From an uncultured Candidatus Binatia bacterium (GTDB lineage: Bacteria; Desulfobacterota; Binatia; Bin18), in contig OZ251505.1 of the NCBI GenBank assembly GCA_965242795.1, forward strand, positions 243,737 to 307,736: 64,000 nt of DNA. Reading direction: 5' to 3'. Below are positions 49,032-58,688 of this stretch, piece after piece. The notes under the pieces were generated by a model that was given only the letters and a program-made list of their open reading frames with translations, did no database searches and had not been told where the DNA came from. How positions within the stretch are numbered: the first letter of the stretch is position 1; the number at the start of each line of letters is the position of its first letter. Position numbers and translations under genes: made by a program.

Positions 49032-49643
49032 TCAGGCTCGGGCACTGGGGCGCGCGGCGACGGCCTCGTACCAGCGGGCGAGGTGGCGCTGCGCAGGCGC
49101 GATCTCGAAGACGGACGGGGTGCCGAGTTGGATGGCAACCAAGGCGGTGATGTCGGCGATGGTGTATCGGTCACCCGCGATGAACGGACGGCCGTCGGCC
49201 AAGCTGTCATCCAGCCACGCCAGCCGCTTCGCCGCCAGGGCGCGCGCCACGTCGCCCACGGCCGGGACCTGCGTGATGCGCGTCTTGAAGAACTCGCCCG
49301 TGTTGCGAAAGAAGTCCCCGACGTTCCGAAACAGGTCGAGTTCCATACGCCGGTTCCACATCTCCACCCGCGCGCGGTCGCGCGTATCCACGCCCATCAG
49401 AGGCGGGTCCGGATGCGTCTCCTCGAAATACCGGCAGATGGCGACGCTCTCCGGGAGGCAGGTGCCGTCGTCGAGTTCCAGGACGGGGAGTTCCCCGAAG
49501 GCGTTCTTGTGCAGGAATTCCGGCGTGCGGTTGGCGTTGCCGGGCACGTCAACTTGTTCGACCGGGATGTCGATGCCTTTTTCGGCCAGAAAGATGCGCA
49601 CGCGCCGCGGGTTGGGGGCGCGGTGAAAATCGTACAGCTTCAT
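49032..49643 (-). CDS. Glutathione S-transferase
   Basis: MKLYDFHRAPNPRRVRIFLAEKGI, GELPVLELDDG..LPESVAICRYFE, YTIADITA. Confidence 0.92.
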   Translation of the reverse strand: MKLYDFHRAPNPRRVRIFLAEKGIDIPVEQVDVPGNANRTPEFLHKNAFGELPVLELDDGTCLPESVAICRYFEETHPDPPLMGVDTRDRARVEMWNRRMELDLFRNVGDFFRNTGEFFKTRITQVPAVGDVARALAAKRLAWLDDSLADGRPFIAGDRYTIADITALVAIQLGTPSVFEIAPAQRHLARWYEAVAARPSARA

Positions 49644-49802
49644 GTCGTTCGTCCTTTCTTCTGCTCCGGGCACGACGGCCAAGGCGATCCTCGGGCCACC
49701 CTTACCACCCTTCGATAAGCTCAGGGCCCTGCCCATCCTCAGTTCGTTGGGCTCGTGCTGTTGTTCGGTTCCCTGTCTGCGAAACGTCCATATCGAATGC
49801 CG

Positions 49803-50273
49803 TCAGGCCGTTCCCTCCGCCGCGGGTTTGCGCCACGAGTCTGGCCCGGGATCGTCGCCGCGGGCCGCAGCGGCCAATCGCGGCAGATAGTGTTCCCAGC
49901 CGCGCTGATACCCGTCGCGCGTCTTCGTCGCGGCGAATCCGGAGTGGCGGAGCCGGACCCGCGTTCCGCGGCCGACCGGGGTGAACGTCACCTCGACCGT
50001 CGTCGGCACCCGCGGCTGGGTGTTGTCGAAGAGCGAGGTGAACACCAGCCGGCGCCCCGGTTCCAGTTCGAGAAACGTGCCGCGCATGACGTCTTCGCCC
50101 GTCACGTTGAAGGTGAAGCGTCCGCCCGGCCGCTGGTCGCTTTCCGCGTGGACGCAGAACCAGCGCTCCAGCAGTGCGGGGTCCGTGAAGAACCGGAACA
50201 CCAAGTCGGGGCTGGCGTCGATCTCGATCTCGTGGACGAGTGCGAAACCGTCCTGACGATCAGTGTCTGGCAC
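49803..50273 (-). CDS. SRPBCC/AHSA1 domain protein
   Basis: EIEIDASPDLVFRFFTDP..LERW, TTVEVTFTP, TRVRLRH, GWEHYLPRL. Confidence 0.88.
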   Translation of the reverse strand: MPDTDRQDGFALVHEIEIDASPDLVFRFFTDPALLERWFCVHAESDQRPGGRFTFNVTGEDVMRGTFLELEPGRRLVFTSLFDNTQPRVPTTVEVTFTPVGRGTRVRLRHSGFAATKTRDGYQRGWEHYLPRLAAAARGDDPGPDSWRKPAAEGTA

Positions 50274-50583
50274 GGCGACGTTTCCTCCTGGCCTCCAATT
50301 CGGCCGCGTCCTTGAGCAGCGCGAGCCGGTCTTTCCAGTAGGCGTCCATATAGACGCGCAATTCGCCCAGGGCCTCGGGGACGGCGCGGTAGAAGCGCCG
50401 ATTACCCTCCTGCCGGACGCGCACCAAGCCGTTTTCGCGCAGCACCCGCAGGTGGAAGGAGATCGCGGGCTGCGACACGTCGAACGCCTCGACCAGCGCG
50501 TTGACCGGCAGTTCGGTCTCCCAAATCCGCCGTAGGATTTCCCGCCGCATCGGGTCGGCGACGACCTGCATGACGCCGGTCAT
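50260..50583 (-). CDS. ArsR/SmtB family transcriptional regulator
   Basis: VADPMRREIL, VSQPAISFHLRVLRENGLV..RQEGNRRFY; overlaps the SRPBCC gene. Confidence 0.92.
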   Translation of the reverse strand: MTGVMQVVADPMRREILRRIWETELPVNALVEAFDVSQPAISFHLRVLRENGLVRVRQEGNRRFYRAVPEALGELRVYMDAYWKDRLALLKDAAELEARRKRRRARH

Positions 50584-50853
50584 GTTCTTGCTCTTGGGGG
50601 TGATGGAACGTTCTGTCTGGTGACGTCAGCTTGAGTCTGGGGAGAAGTCAGTGCAGCGGCATCGCGGCCCGGAACGACGCGCGGGCCGACAAGACGTCGT
50701 GGGGGAGAGTGAAAGCCGAGGTGACATCGGGGTTCGTTTCGACAAGCTCAACGAACTTGGGGATGAGAAAGTCTCTGAGCTTGCGGTGCCTTGCGTGTGT
50801 CGAAAGGTGAAAGATCAAGGCTCTTCTCGTCTGTGGTTTCCTAAGGTTTTCAT

Positions 50854-50882
50854 AATATAAATGAATGTTTATTTTCTGTCAA
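50854..50882 (-). promoter_or_regulatory. Sigma70 promoter with an internal palindromic operator, probably for arsR-SRPBCC
   Basis: Minus strand TTGACA-N17-TATATT; ATAAA-n6-TTTAT inverted repeat at 50857-50872. Confidence 0.65.
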
Positions 50883-50909
50883 ACGGGGCTGTACCAGGAC
50901 GAAAGATTC

Positions 50910-50937
50910 GTAGGGGCAACCGGCCGGTCGCCCCTAC
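50910..50937 (+). repeat. GTAG-type REP-like palindrome
   Basis: GTAGGGGCAACCGGCCGGTCGCCCCTAC. Confidence 0.7.
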
Positions 50938-51032
50938 GACGGTCGCAAGGGATGGACTTGCGCCCCCGGCCTAGATAGCCTCCCCGGCTCATCACTTCTA
51001 TTCGCCGAACCCGGCGACGTTACAGGACTCCT

Positions 51033-53279
51033 ATGCACTTCTCATCTTTTCGACCAAGGCTCCCTTGTACCTACGGCCCCGCCAAGCTCCGATGGCTCGC
51101 TGCCGCGGCGCTGCTATGTCTCGCCACGGCCGGCCCCGCTGTGGCCCAGCCGCTCAGCGAACTGGACGAAATCGTCGTGACCGCGCGCAAGCAGGAACAG
51201 CGGTCCGTCGACGTGCCGCTCGCCCTGTCCGTGTTGCAGGGCGAAGACCTCGACCATCTGCGCGCATCGGGCCGCGACATCCGTTTTCTGACCGGGCGCG
51301 CCCCCAGCCTGCAAATCTCGTCTTCGTTCGGACGTATCTTTCCGTACTTGTTCATTCGCGGCCTGGGGAATACCGACTTCGACCTGAACGCTTCGCAGCC
51401 GGTGTCGGTGATGCACGACGGCGTGACGCTGGAGAATCCGCTGCTCAAGGGCACCCCGATCTTCGACGTCCAGCGCATCGAAGTCCTGCGCGGCCCGCAG
51501 GGCACCCTGTTCGGCCGCAACACTCCGGCCGGGCTCATCAAGGTGGAATCGGCCCCGCCCACCTGGACGCCCGAAGGGTACGGCCGCCTGTCCTACGGAC
51601 GGTTCGACAGCGTGAATTTCGAGGGCGCGGTGTCCGGCCCGCTGATTCCGTCCGTGCTCGCGGCCCGGGCCTCGCTGCTCGTGCAGCGGCGGGGCGACTG
51701 GGTGGACAACACGTACACCGGCGAGGACGACGCCCTTGGCGGCTACCGCGACATCGCCGGCCGCGTCCAGTTCCTGTGGACGCCGCTGGACGACTTCTCC
51801 GGGCGGTTCAAGGTCCACGTGCGCGATTTCGACGGGACGGCGCGCCTGTTCCGCGCCAATGCGATCAAGCGGGGGACGAGCCGGCTGCGCCCGAGTTTCC
51901 GGCGCGACAAGATCGCCCTAGATGCCGAGAATCCGCAGGAACTCGGCGGACACGGCTTCGCCATCGACCTGCGGTACGACTTGGGACGGCACCGGCTCGT
52001 CTCGGTGACGGGCATGGAGTGGCTCGACAATCTGTCGCGCGGCGACGTGGACGGCGGCAGCCCACCCTACGGCCCGGGCCACCCGATTCCCTTCCCCTCC
52101 CAGACCGCGGACGGCCATCCGTCGCTGCGGCAGTTCAGCCAGGAAATCCGCCTGGAAACCGCGGAGTCGGAACGCCTGGATTGGCGTGTGGGGTTCTTCT
52201 ATTTCGGCGAGTCGCTCGAGATCGACTCGTTCAACTACGACTCGCTGAACGACGACGCCCTGACCGGCTACGCACGCCAGAAACAGCGGACCGAGGCGTG
52301 GGCGGTGTTCGCCGCGGCGACCTTCAAGCTGACCCAGGATATGGAACTCGGCGCCGGGGTGCGCGTATCCGAGGACGACAAGAAATACCGGGCCGAACGT
52401 CTCCAATCGCCCATCGGCGCCGGGCCGCTCGGACCGATCCGCCGGAACCCGCGCGACCTGGTGCCGAGTTGGGACGTGAGCCTGCGCTATCGCGTATCGC
52501 CCGGGGTGCAACCCTACGTGCGCGTGGCGAGCAGCTTCCGGTCGCCCAGCATTCAGGGCCGGCTGCTCTTCGGCAACGAGGTGACCGTGGCCGATACCGA
52601 GAACATCATTTCCGTCGAGGCCGGCGTGAAGCTGCGCGCGTGGCGACAGCGGCTCCGCCTGGACGTCGCGGCGTACAATTACTGGCTGCACGATCAGCAG
52701 TTGACCGCGGGCAGCGGCGCGGTCAACGCCAACCGCCTGGTGAACGCGGACTATACCGAGGGGCGGGGGATCGAGGCGGACCTGCAACTGCTGTTGATCC
52801 GCGGCCTGCGCCTCAGCGCGGGCGCGAGCTACAACTACACCGAAATCAACGACTCGGACCTGTTCATTCAGCCCTGTGGCTCCCGCTGCACCGTGCTCGA
52901 CCCGCCCGGCCCGGTGCTGGGCACCGTGTCGCTCGACGGCAACGACCTGTCCCACGCCCCGCGCTGGATCGCCAACGCGGCCCTCAGCTACTCGTGGCTC
53001 CTCGGCGATGGCTCGGAAGTGGTCTTCTCCACGGACTGGACCTATCGCAGCCGGTCCTATTTCGCGCTCTACGAATCCCGCGAATACCGGGACGACCATT
53101 TGCTTGAAGGCGGGGCGCGGCTCGCTTGGCGGTCGGCCGCGGGCGGTCTGGAATTCGCGGCCTTCGGCCGCAACATCCTGAACGACACCTCCCACACCGG
53201 CGGCCTCACCTTCAACAACCTGACCGCCTACGTCAACGAGCCTCCGTTCTGGGGCATCGAAACCGCGGTCCGCTTCTGA
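51033..53279 (+). CDS. TonB-dependent receptor
   Basis: DEIVVTARKQEQ, FIRGLG, RIEVLRGPQGTLFGRNTPAG plug motifs; C-terminal F. Confidence 0.93.
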   Translation: MHFSSFRPRLPCTYGPAKLRWLAAAALLCLATAGPAVAQPLSELDEIVVTARKQEQRSVDVPLALSVLQGEDLDHLRASGRDIRFLTGRAPSLQISSSFGRIFPYLFIRGLGNTDFDLNASQPVSVMHDGVTLENPLLKGTPIFDVQRIEVLRGPQGTLFGRNTPAGLIKVESAPPTWTPEGYGRLSYGRFDSVNFEGAVSGPLIPSVLAARASLLVQRRGDWVDNTYTGEDDALGGYRDIAGRVQFLWTPLDDFSGRFKVHVRDFDGTARLFRANAIKRGTSRLRPSFRRDKIALDAENPQELGGHGFAIDLRYDLGRHRLVSVTGMEWLDNLSRGDVDGGSPPYGPGHPIPFPSQTADGHPSLRQFSQEIRLETAESERLDWRVGFFYFGESLEIDSFNYDSLNDDALTGYARQKQRTEAWAVFAAATFKLTQDMELGAGVRVSEDDKKYRAERLQSPIGAGPLGPIRRNPRDLVPSWDVSLRYRVSPGVQPYVRVASSFRSPSIQGRLLFGNEVTVADTENIISVEAGVKLRAWRQRLRLDVAAYNYWLHDQQLTAGSGAVNANRLVNADYTEGRGIEADLQLLLIRGLRLSAGASYNYTEINDSDLFIQPCGSRCTVLDPPGPVLGTVSLDGNDLSHAPRWIANAALSYSWLLGDGSEVVFSTDWTYRSRSYFALYESREYRDDHLLEGGARLAWRSAAGGLEFAAFGRNILNDTSHTGGLTFNNLTAYVNEPPFWGIETAVRF

Positions 53280-53362
53280 GTGGCAATGAGCAAGAGGCGT
53301 GGTTCCTCACTCGGTCTGCCTCCATCCGGGGCGTGCCTGGCACCGACGCGGCAGGAGACGAC

Positions 53363-53800
53363 ATGCGCAGCTTGGCGAAGGACACGACGGCAACGCTGAT
53401 TCCGACGCTCCGGTATCGGGACGCAGCCGCGGCAATCGACTGGCTGTGCACGGCGTTCGGCTTCGAGAAACATCTGGTCGTGCCGGGCGAAGACGGCACC
53501 ATTACCCACGCGCAGCTCGTGTTCGGCAACGGGATGGTCATGCTCGGCTCCGCCCGGGACGACGACTTCGGGCACCTGCAGAAGCCGCTCGCGACGCCGG
53601 ACGCCCCGGTCTCGCAGAGTCCCTACGTCATCGTTTCCGACGTTGACGCGCACCACGCCAGAGCCGTGGCCGCGGGCGCAAAGGTGGTGATGGAGCCCGA
53701 AGACCAGGACTATGGCGGGCGGCTGTACGCCTGCCGCGACCCGGAGGGCAACCTGTGGAACTTCGGCAGCTACGATCCCTGGGAGGCGGAAGGTTCTTGA
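53363..53800 (+). CDS. VOC family protein (PhnB-like)
   Basis: LIPTLRYRDAAAAIDWLCTAFGF, DQDYGGR, RDPEGNLWNFG. Confidence 0.9.
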   Translation: MRSLAKDTTATLIPTLRYRDAAAAIDWLCTAFGFEKHLVVPGEDGTITHAQLVFGNGMVMLGSARDDDFGHLQKPLATPDAPVSQSPYVIVSDVDAHHARAVAAGAKVVMEPEDQDYGGRLYACRDPEGNLWNFGSYDPWEAEGS

Positions 53801-53803
53801 TTC

Positions 53804-53819
53804 GACTAGTCTGACTAGT
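53804..53819 (+). promoter_or_regulatory. Probable antitoxin operator (two ACTAGT palindromes)
   Basis: gactagtctgactagt 12 nt upstream of the antitoxin ATG. Confidence 0.45.
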
Positions 53820-53831
53820 TATGTATCGAAT

Positions 53832-54107
53832 ATGCTGAATATCTATTCCACGTATGAAGCCAAGGCGCGCTTCTCGGAGATCATCCGGTTGGTGCGCCAA
53901 GGAGAAACGGTCACCGTCTCCTATCGGGGCGACCCCGTGGCCGAAATCCGTTCGATTCAACGGAGCCCCTCGACCGTCGAGGAGCACCTCGGAGATCTCG
54001 AACGGCGCGGCATTCTCGTCCGCCCGGCCGGGCCGCGGCAGCCGCTCGAGGTAGGGATACGGCGGCCGGGCGCACTCAAGCGCTTCCTTGCGGAGCGTGA
54101 CGAGTGA
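53832..54107 (+). CDS. Phd/YefM family antitoxin
   Basis: YSTYEAKARFSEIIRLVRQGETVTVSYRGDPVAEI. Confidence 0.9.
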   Translation: MLNIYSTYEAKARFSEIIRLVRQGETVTVSYRGDPVAEIRSIQRSPSTVEEHLGDLERRGILVRPAGPRQPLEVGIRRPGALKRFLAERDE

Positions 54108-54496
54108 GCGTCGCCTACATCGACACCTCCGCATTGATCTCGATCGTCTTCAACGAACGGAATGCGCCCACGCTCATACGACGGTTGAATGCTGCCTCCC
54201 GCCTGTTGTCCTCGAACCTGCTCGAAGCCGAGTTGCGGGCGGCGTGCGCCCGTGAGGAGACCGATTGTACGACCGGCTTCGTTTCCGGTATCGAGTGGAT
54301 ATTGCCCGACCGACCCCTCACCTCCGAACTGACTACGGTACTGGAAGCCGGCTACCTGAAAGGCGCAGACCTCTGGCACGTCGCAACCGCCTGTTATCTT
54401 GCCGGAGAAATGAACCGGGAGCCGGCGGAACTTTCGTTCATCACCCTCGACGCCCGGCAACGGAAGGTCGCCGGAGCGCTCGGATTCCTGATCTGA
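54104..54496 (+). CDS. vapC: PIN-domain (VapC) toxin
   Basis: AYIDTSAL, LLEAEL, GADLWHVATA, FITLDARQ; GTGA overlap with the antitoxin. Confidence 0.9.
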   Translation: MSVAYIDTSALISIVFNERNAPTLIRRLNAASRLLSSNLLEAELRAACAREETDCTTGFVSGIEWILPDRPLTSELTTVLEAGYLKGADLWHVATACYLAGEMNREPAELSFITLDARQRKVAGALGFLI

Positions 54497-54537
54497 ACGG
54501 GATTCAAGTGTTACGCCGGAGGCGCGAGCAGACGACG

Positions 54538-55992
54538 TTAATCCGTTGAAGCCTGTTCTGCGCGGCTGGCGATCGTTTTGATCAGTATCTTGAATACGAA
54601 TTCGTGCACGGGCAGGAGCGCGTACCAGTACGACAGGCCGAGCAGGCCCCGTGGCGCGAAATATGCGGTCTGCGTCAGCAAGCTACCGGTATTCGTCGGC
54701 TGGCCGCTGAATTCGAGCCACGCCTGTCCGGGCAATTTCATCTCTGCGGACAACAACAGACGGCGGCCAGGCTCGACCGCCGCGACGCGCCAGAAATCGA
54801 CGACGTCGCCCGGCCGAGGGGGACGGTGCGACGCGGTCTTGCGCATGCCGACGCCCCCGATCAGCCGGTCGAACCCCCCGCGCAGCTTCCAGGCCCAGCC
54901 GAGCGGCCAGCCATTGGCGCCGCCGAGTGAGGAGAACACGGCAAAGACCGCCTCGGCGTCGGCCCCGACCGGCAAGGATCGCGTGTCTCGAATCATGCCG
55001 CGCGAGTCCGTCCGCACCGGGCGCCCCGGCTCTTCGGCGGAGGCTCTGCACGGCGCGGGCCGCAGGTCTTCCAATGCGGCCCGAACCGCGGTCTCGTAAC
55101 CGCTCGGCATAATCCGTGGAAAAAGCGACCGGGCGCCCCCGGTCCGCACCACGGTCTCGTTTCTCAGCCCTTCCACCACGGGTTGTGCGAAGCTGGCCCT
55201 GAGCGGCGTCACCAAGCGGATCCAGTACGAGGAGAGCCTGGGTGTCAGCACCGGCACGTGCACCATCACGCGGCGAAGCCCGCGCACGCGCGCGTACTTC
55301 GTCATCATCTCTCCGTAACTGAGCGCCTCGGCCCCACCGGTCTCGATCACGCGATGCCGCGGACGGTCTTCTGTCGGCGACCCGTTCTGGGTCCGATCCG
55401 CAGCCAGGTCCAGAGACGCCACGAGATAGGCCAGCAAGTCCTGCACGCCGATGGGCTGCACCCTGGTCGAGACCCATCGGGGGCAGACCATGACGGGCAC
55501 CCGCTCGGTGAGGTAGCGCACCATCTCGAACGGCAAGCTCCCTGCGCCGATCACCGGACCGGCGCGGAGTTCCGTCACGTCGGCGCCGGCGCGGGCAAGC
55601 GCCCGGCCGGTTTCATGCCGGGACCGAAGATGTTCGCTCAGTTCCGCCTTCGGGTCACCGAGCGCGCCCAAGTAGATGACCGGCGCGCCGGCTCGGGCGG
55701 CGGCGTTGCCGAACGCCGTACCAGCTTCCACGTCGGCGCTGCCGAACGCCGATCCCGCGCTTTGCATACTGTGGACGAGGTAGTAGGCGGCGTCCTGCCC
55801 CCGGACGGCTCGTCTGAGCGCCGCATCGTCGCGGACGTTGCCGGTCACGATGGTGACGGCGTCTACCCACGGCTCGACCGGAAGCCTGCCGCGGTCGCGC
55901 ACGAGCACGGTCACCGTGTGACCCGCAGCAACCAGCATCGGCGCCAGCTTGCCGCCCACATAACCGGTTGCGCCCGTGACGAGGACGTTCAT
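54538..55992 (-). CDS. SDR-like NAD(P)-binding protein with DUF2867 domain (YbjT-like)
   Basis: VLVTGATGYVGG, YYLVHSM, HLRSRHETG, VDFWRV, AEMKLPGQAWLEF, GLLGLSYWY. Confidence 0.9.
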   Translation of the reverse strand: MNVLVTGATGYVGGKLAPMLVAAGHTVTVLVRDRGRLPVEPWVDAVTIVTGNVRDDAALRRAVRGQDAAYYLVHSMQSAGSAFGSADVEAGTAFGNAAARAGAPVIYLGALGDPKAELSEHLRSRHETGRALARAGADVTELRAGPVIGAGSLPFEMVRYLTERVPVMVCPRWVSTRVQPIGVQDLLAYLVASLDLAADRTQNGSPTEDRPRHRVIETGGAEALSYGEMMTKYARVRGLRRVMVHVPVLTPRLSSYWIRLVTPLRASFAQPVVEGLRNETVVRTGGARSLFPRIMPSGYETAVRAALEDLRPAPCRASAEEPGRPVRTDSRGMIRDTRSLPVGADAEAVFAVFSSLGGANGWPLGWAWKLRGGFDRLIGGVGMRKTASHRPPRPGDVVDFWRVAAVEPGRRLLLSAEMKLPGQAWLEFSGQPTNTGSLLTQTAYFAPRGLLGLSYWYALLPVHEFVFKILIKTIASRAEQASTD

Positions 55993-56069
55993 GCGTTCAC
56001 GACCGAACGGAGGGGGACGCTCGCTCGGTCCGCGTATGAAGGGTCAGAGCCCGCCGACGGTTTTTCCTC

Positions 56070-56174
56070 GTCATACCCCCGTTCATGCCGGGGGCAGGCT
56101 CTGCGCAAGCTGGTATCCACGTTCTGGATTCCCGGCGCCTGCCCCGGACCTGATCCGGGGTTCGCGGGAATGAC
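56070..56174. repeat. Family A palindromic element with a hairpin insertion in each arm
   Basis: gtcataccc[ccgttcatgccgggggcaggctct]gcgcaagctggtatcca...tggattcccg[gcgcctgccccggacctgatccggggttc]gcgggaatgac. Confidence 0.8.
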
Positions 56175-56222
56175 GACTGGGTGGGGATCGTCAAGTATGG
56201 AATCCCCCGAAAAAGAGAGGCG

Positions 56223-57224
56223 CTACTCCATGCCGGCCTGCGCCTTGACGTAGCGGGCGATCTGCTCGTGCGTGGCGAACCAGACGCCGGGCTTGCTCTT
56301 CATGTAGGTGATGAGCTTGTCCAGCATCCGCATGCGGTAACGGTGGCCGATGACCTGCGGGTGCATGGTCAGAATGTACAGCGTGCCTTCGTCGTAGGCC
56401 CCGTCGAATTCGTCCTTCCAGATGGAATATACGTCGTCTGCGTTGCGCAGGCTGACGTGCTTGCTCGGCCAACTGAGTTGGAACAGCGGCCAGTCGTCGA
56501 GAATCCACTCCACCGGCAACTCGACGAGTCCGGTGTCTTCCCCGTTGGAGACCAGACTGTAGGGCCGGTCGTCCGCCATCATGCTGCTTTCGTACAGAAA
56601 GCCCATGTCCTTCACGATGCGGATGGTCGCCGGCGTCAGGTCCCAGGCCGCGGACCGGAAGCCGGTCGGGCGCTTACCCACCTTCTCCACGAAAATCTTC
56701 ATGGCCTTGGCGTACACGGCGCGCTCTTGTTCTTCGGTCAGCGTCAGCGGATTTTCGTGGACGTAGGAGTGGAAGCCGATTTCATAGTCGGGATGCTTCT
56801 TGATCTCCTCGATCACCTGCGGGTGGAGGACCATGCTGATCGCGGGAATGAAGAACGAGGCGGGAATGTCGTGCTTGTCCAACAGCGCCATGATGCGCGG
56901 CATGCCGACGCGCGCCCCGTATTCGCCGCGCGACATGTACGACGGACTCTGCTGGCCCTGAAAGCCCATCCAGACCGGCTCGGTGTCCACGTCGAAAGAG
57001 AAGCTCACGGCCACGCGGTTGCCGTCGGGCCACTCCTCGGGCGTCAGATCCTTGCCCCCACGGACGGTCGCGACATGGCGCTGAAAATCTTCGGGCTCCC
57101 ACTGCCAGAGCGGCACTTCCTCGCCGCCCCCTTCGTGCGCGTTCGCGGCCGGCGCGCCGACAACGAACAGGCCGGTGAGGAGTATGGCCGTCGCAATCCA
57201 TCCGAACGTGTGTCCGCGTTCCAT
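56223..57224 (-). CDS. Exported polysaccharide deacetylase (CE4, PuuE/HpPgdA-like)
   Basis: Signal peptide ending ANA; SFSFDVD, HSYVHE, GFRSAAW, LTMHPQVIGHRYR. Confidence 0.85.
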   Translation of the reverse strand: MERGHTFGWIATAILLTGLFVVGAPAANAHEGGGEEVPLWQWEPEDFQRHVATVRGGKDLTPEEWPDGNRVAVSFSFDVDTEPVWMGFQGQQSPSYMSRGEYGARVGMPRIMALLDKHDIPASFFIPAISMVLHPQVIEEIKKHPDYEIGFHSYVHENPLTLTEEQERAVYAKAMKIFVEKVGKRPTGFRSAAWDLTPATIRIVKDMGFLYESSMMADDRPYSLVSNGEDTGLVELPVEWILDDWPLFQLSWPSKHVSLRNADDVYSIWKDEFDGAYDEGTLYILTMHPQVIGHRYRMRMLDKLITYMKSKPGVWFATHEQIARYVKAQAGME

Positions 57225-57286
57225 CGGTCTTCCCCTTTCCAGTCCGCCGGTCAGCTCGGCAAATCGGGCCGTGTCCGTACACCGCA

Positions 57287-57640
57287 TCAGGCGCGCGCGA
57301 ATATCTGCACGACGTTACCGGCCGGATCGACCGCGGTGAAATACGTGCCGTGGCCGCCCATATCCACCGTGTCGTTCATGGTCGCGCCGGCCGCGGCCAG
57401 CTTGTCGCGCATGGCATCGAGGTCGTCGACTTCCAGCACGACCGTCGCTCCGCCCCCGGGCGGAACCGACCCCTCGCTGGGATCGGCCAGTGCAACGCCG
57501 ACGCCGTTCATGTCGAACTGCGTCCAGCGGTCGCCGTCACGGAACTTCACGTCCAGCCCCAGAACGTCCCGGTAGAAGCCCACCGCGGCGTCCATGTCGT
57601 TGACGACGTAGTACGCGCTCGAGAATTTTTTGACCGCCAT
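57287..57640 (-). CDS. VOC family protein
   Basis: VNDMDAAVGFYRDVLGL...VDPAGNVVQI. Confidence 0.88.
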   Translation of the reverse strand: MAVKKFSSAYYVVNDMDAAVGFYRDVLGLDVKFRDGDRWTQFDMNGVGVALADPSEGSVPPGGGATVVLEVDDLDAMRDKLAAAGATMNDTVDMGGHGTYFTAVDPAGNVVQIFARA

Positions 57641-57802
57641 GCTCGGCTCCTTCCCCTTCCGATGTTCGCTTTCGACCGGGCGCTTCGTCCTGCGTGGCCG
57701 GGACGAGACCCGCAGCGCTTCTGCCCGGCTCGGCTATCAGCTATTGTGGGCAGGCGCAAATTGCCGGATTCCACGCGCATTTTGACGATTCAGGTACCGC
57801 AT

Positions 57803-58678
57803 ATGCCCGAACTCCCCGAAGTGGAAACCATCGTCCGCAAGCTGCAACGTGGCGAGTCGGCCGAGGCCGGGCTGCCGCCCTACCCCACTCCGGTCGGGTC
57901 CGTCATCACGAGCGCGTGGGGCAACTGGCCCAACTCGATCAGACCCTCCATCCCCGCGGTCACGAACACGCTACCCGGCCACCGCATTCGAACGCTGACC
58001 CGCCGCGGCAAATATCTCGTCTTCGACCTGGAATCGACGACGCCATCGGCACGGCGTAAGGCGGAACCCATACGCTGCTACCTGATTCTCCATCTCAAGA
58101 TGAGCGGGCGGCTGTCCGTCCTGCGCTCGGATACGCCGCGGCACAAGCACGTCCACTTCACGTGCGACTTCGACACCGGCTACACCCTGCATTTTCAGGA
58201 TGCGCGCAAGTGGGGGCGCGTGTATTGCGTGGACGAGGCGGAGGAGGTGACCGGCCATCTCGGACCGGAGCCGCTGGACCGCGCCTTCACCCTGCGCCGC
58301 TTCCGTCCACTGATCGGCAAGAAGACCGGCCGGCTCAAGGACCTGCTGCTGGACCAGCGTTTCATCGCGGGGCTCGGCAACATCTACGCTGACGAGGCGC
58401 TGTGGTGGGCACGACTACACCCTTTCACGCGCGCGGGGGAGTTGAACGATGAGCAAGTCGCGGCCCTGCACAAGGCCATCCGCCGGTCACTCACCAACGG
58501 GATTCGGCACAATGGCGCGGCCATCGACTGGGTGTATCCCGAGGGCAACTATCAGCGCTGGTTCCGCGTGTACGGGCGGACGGGCAAGCCGTGCCGCCGT
58601 TGTCGGACGCCGATCGAGCGCGTCCTGATCGGCCAACGCAGCACGCATTTCTGTCCGCAGTGCCAGCAAAACGTGTGA
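57803..58678 (+). CDS. mutM: Formamidopyrimidine-DNA glycosylase
   Basis: MPELPEVET, RRGKYL, HLKMSG, LLDQRFIAGLGNIYADEALW, zinc finger CRRC...CPQCQ. Confidence 0.95.
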   Translation: MPELPEVETIVRKLQRGESAEAGLPPYPTPVGSVITSAWGNWPNSIRPSIPAVTNTLPGHRIRTLTRRGKYLVFDLESTTPSARRKAEPIRCYLILHLKMSGRLSVLRSDTPRHKHVHFTCDFDTGYTLHFQDARKWGRVYCVDEAEEVTGHLGPEPLDRAFTLRRFRPLIGKKTGRLKDLLLDQRFIAGLGNIYADEALWWARLHPFTRAGELNDEQVAALHKAIRRSLTNGIRHNGAAIDWVYPEGNYQRWFRVYGRTGKPCRRCRTPIERVLIGQRSTHFCPQCQQNV

Positions 58679-58688
58679 AGGGTGAAGC

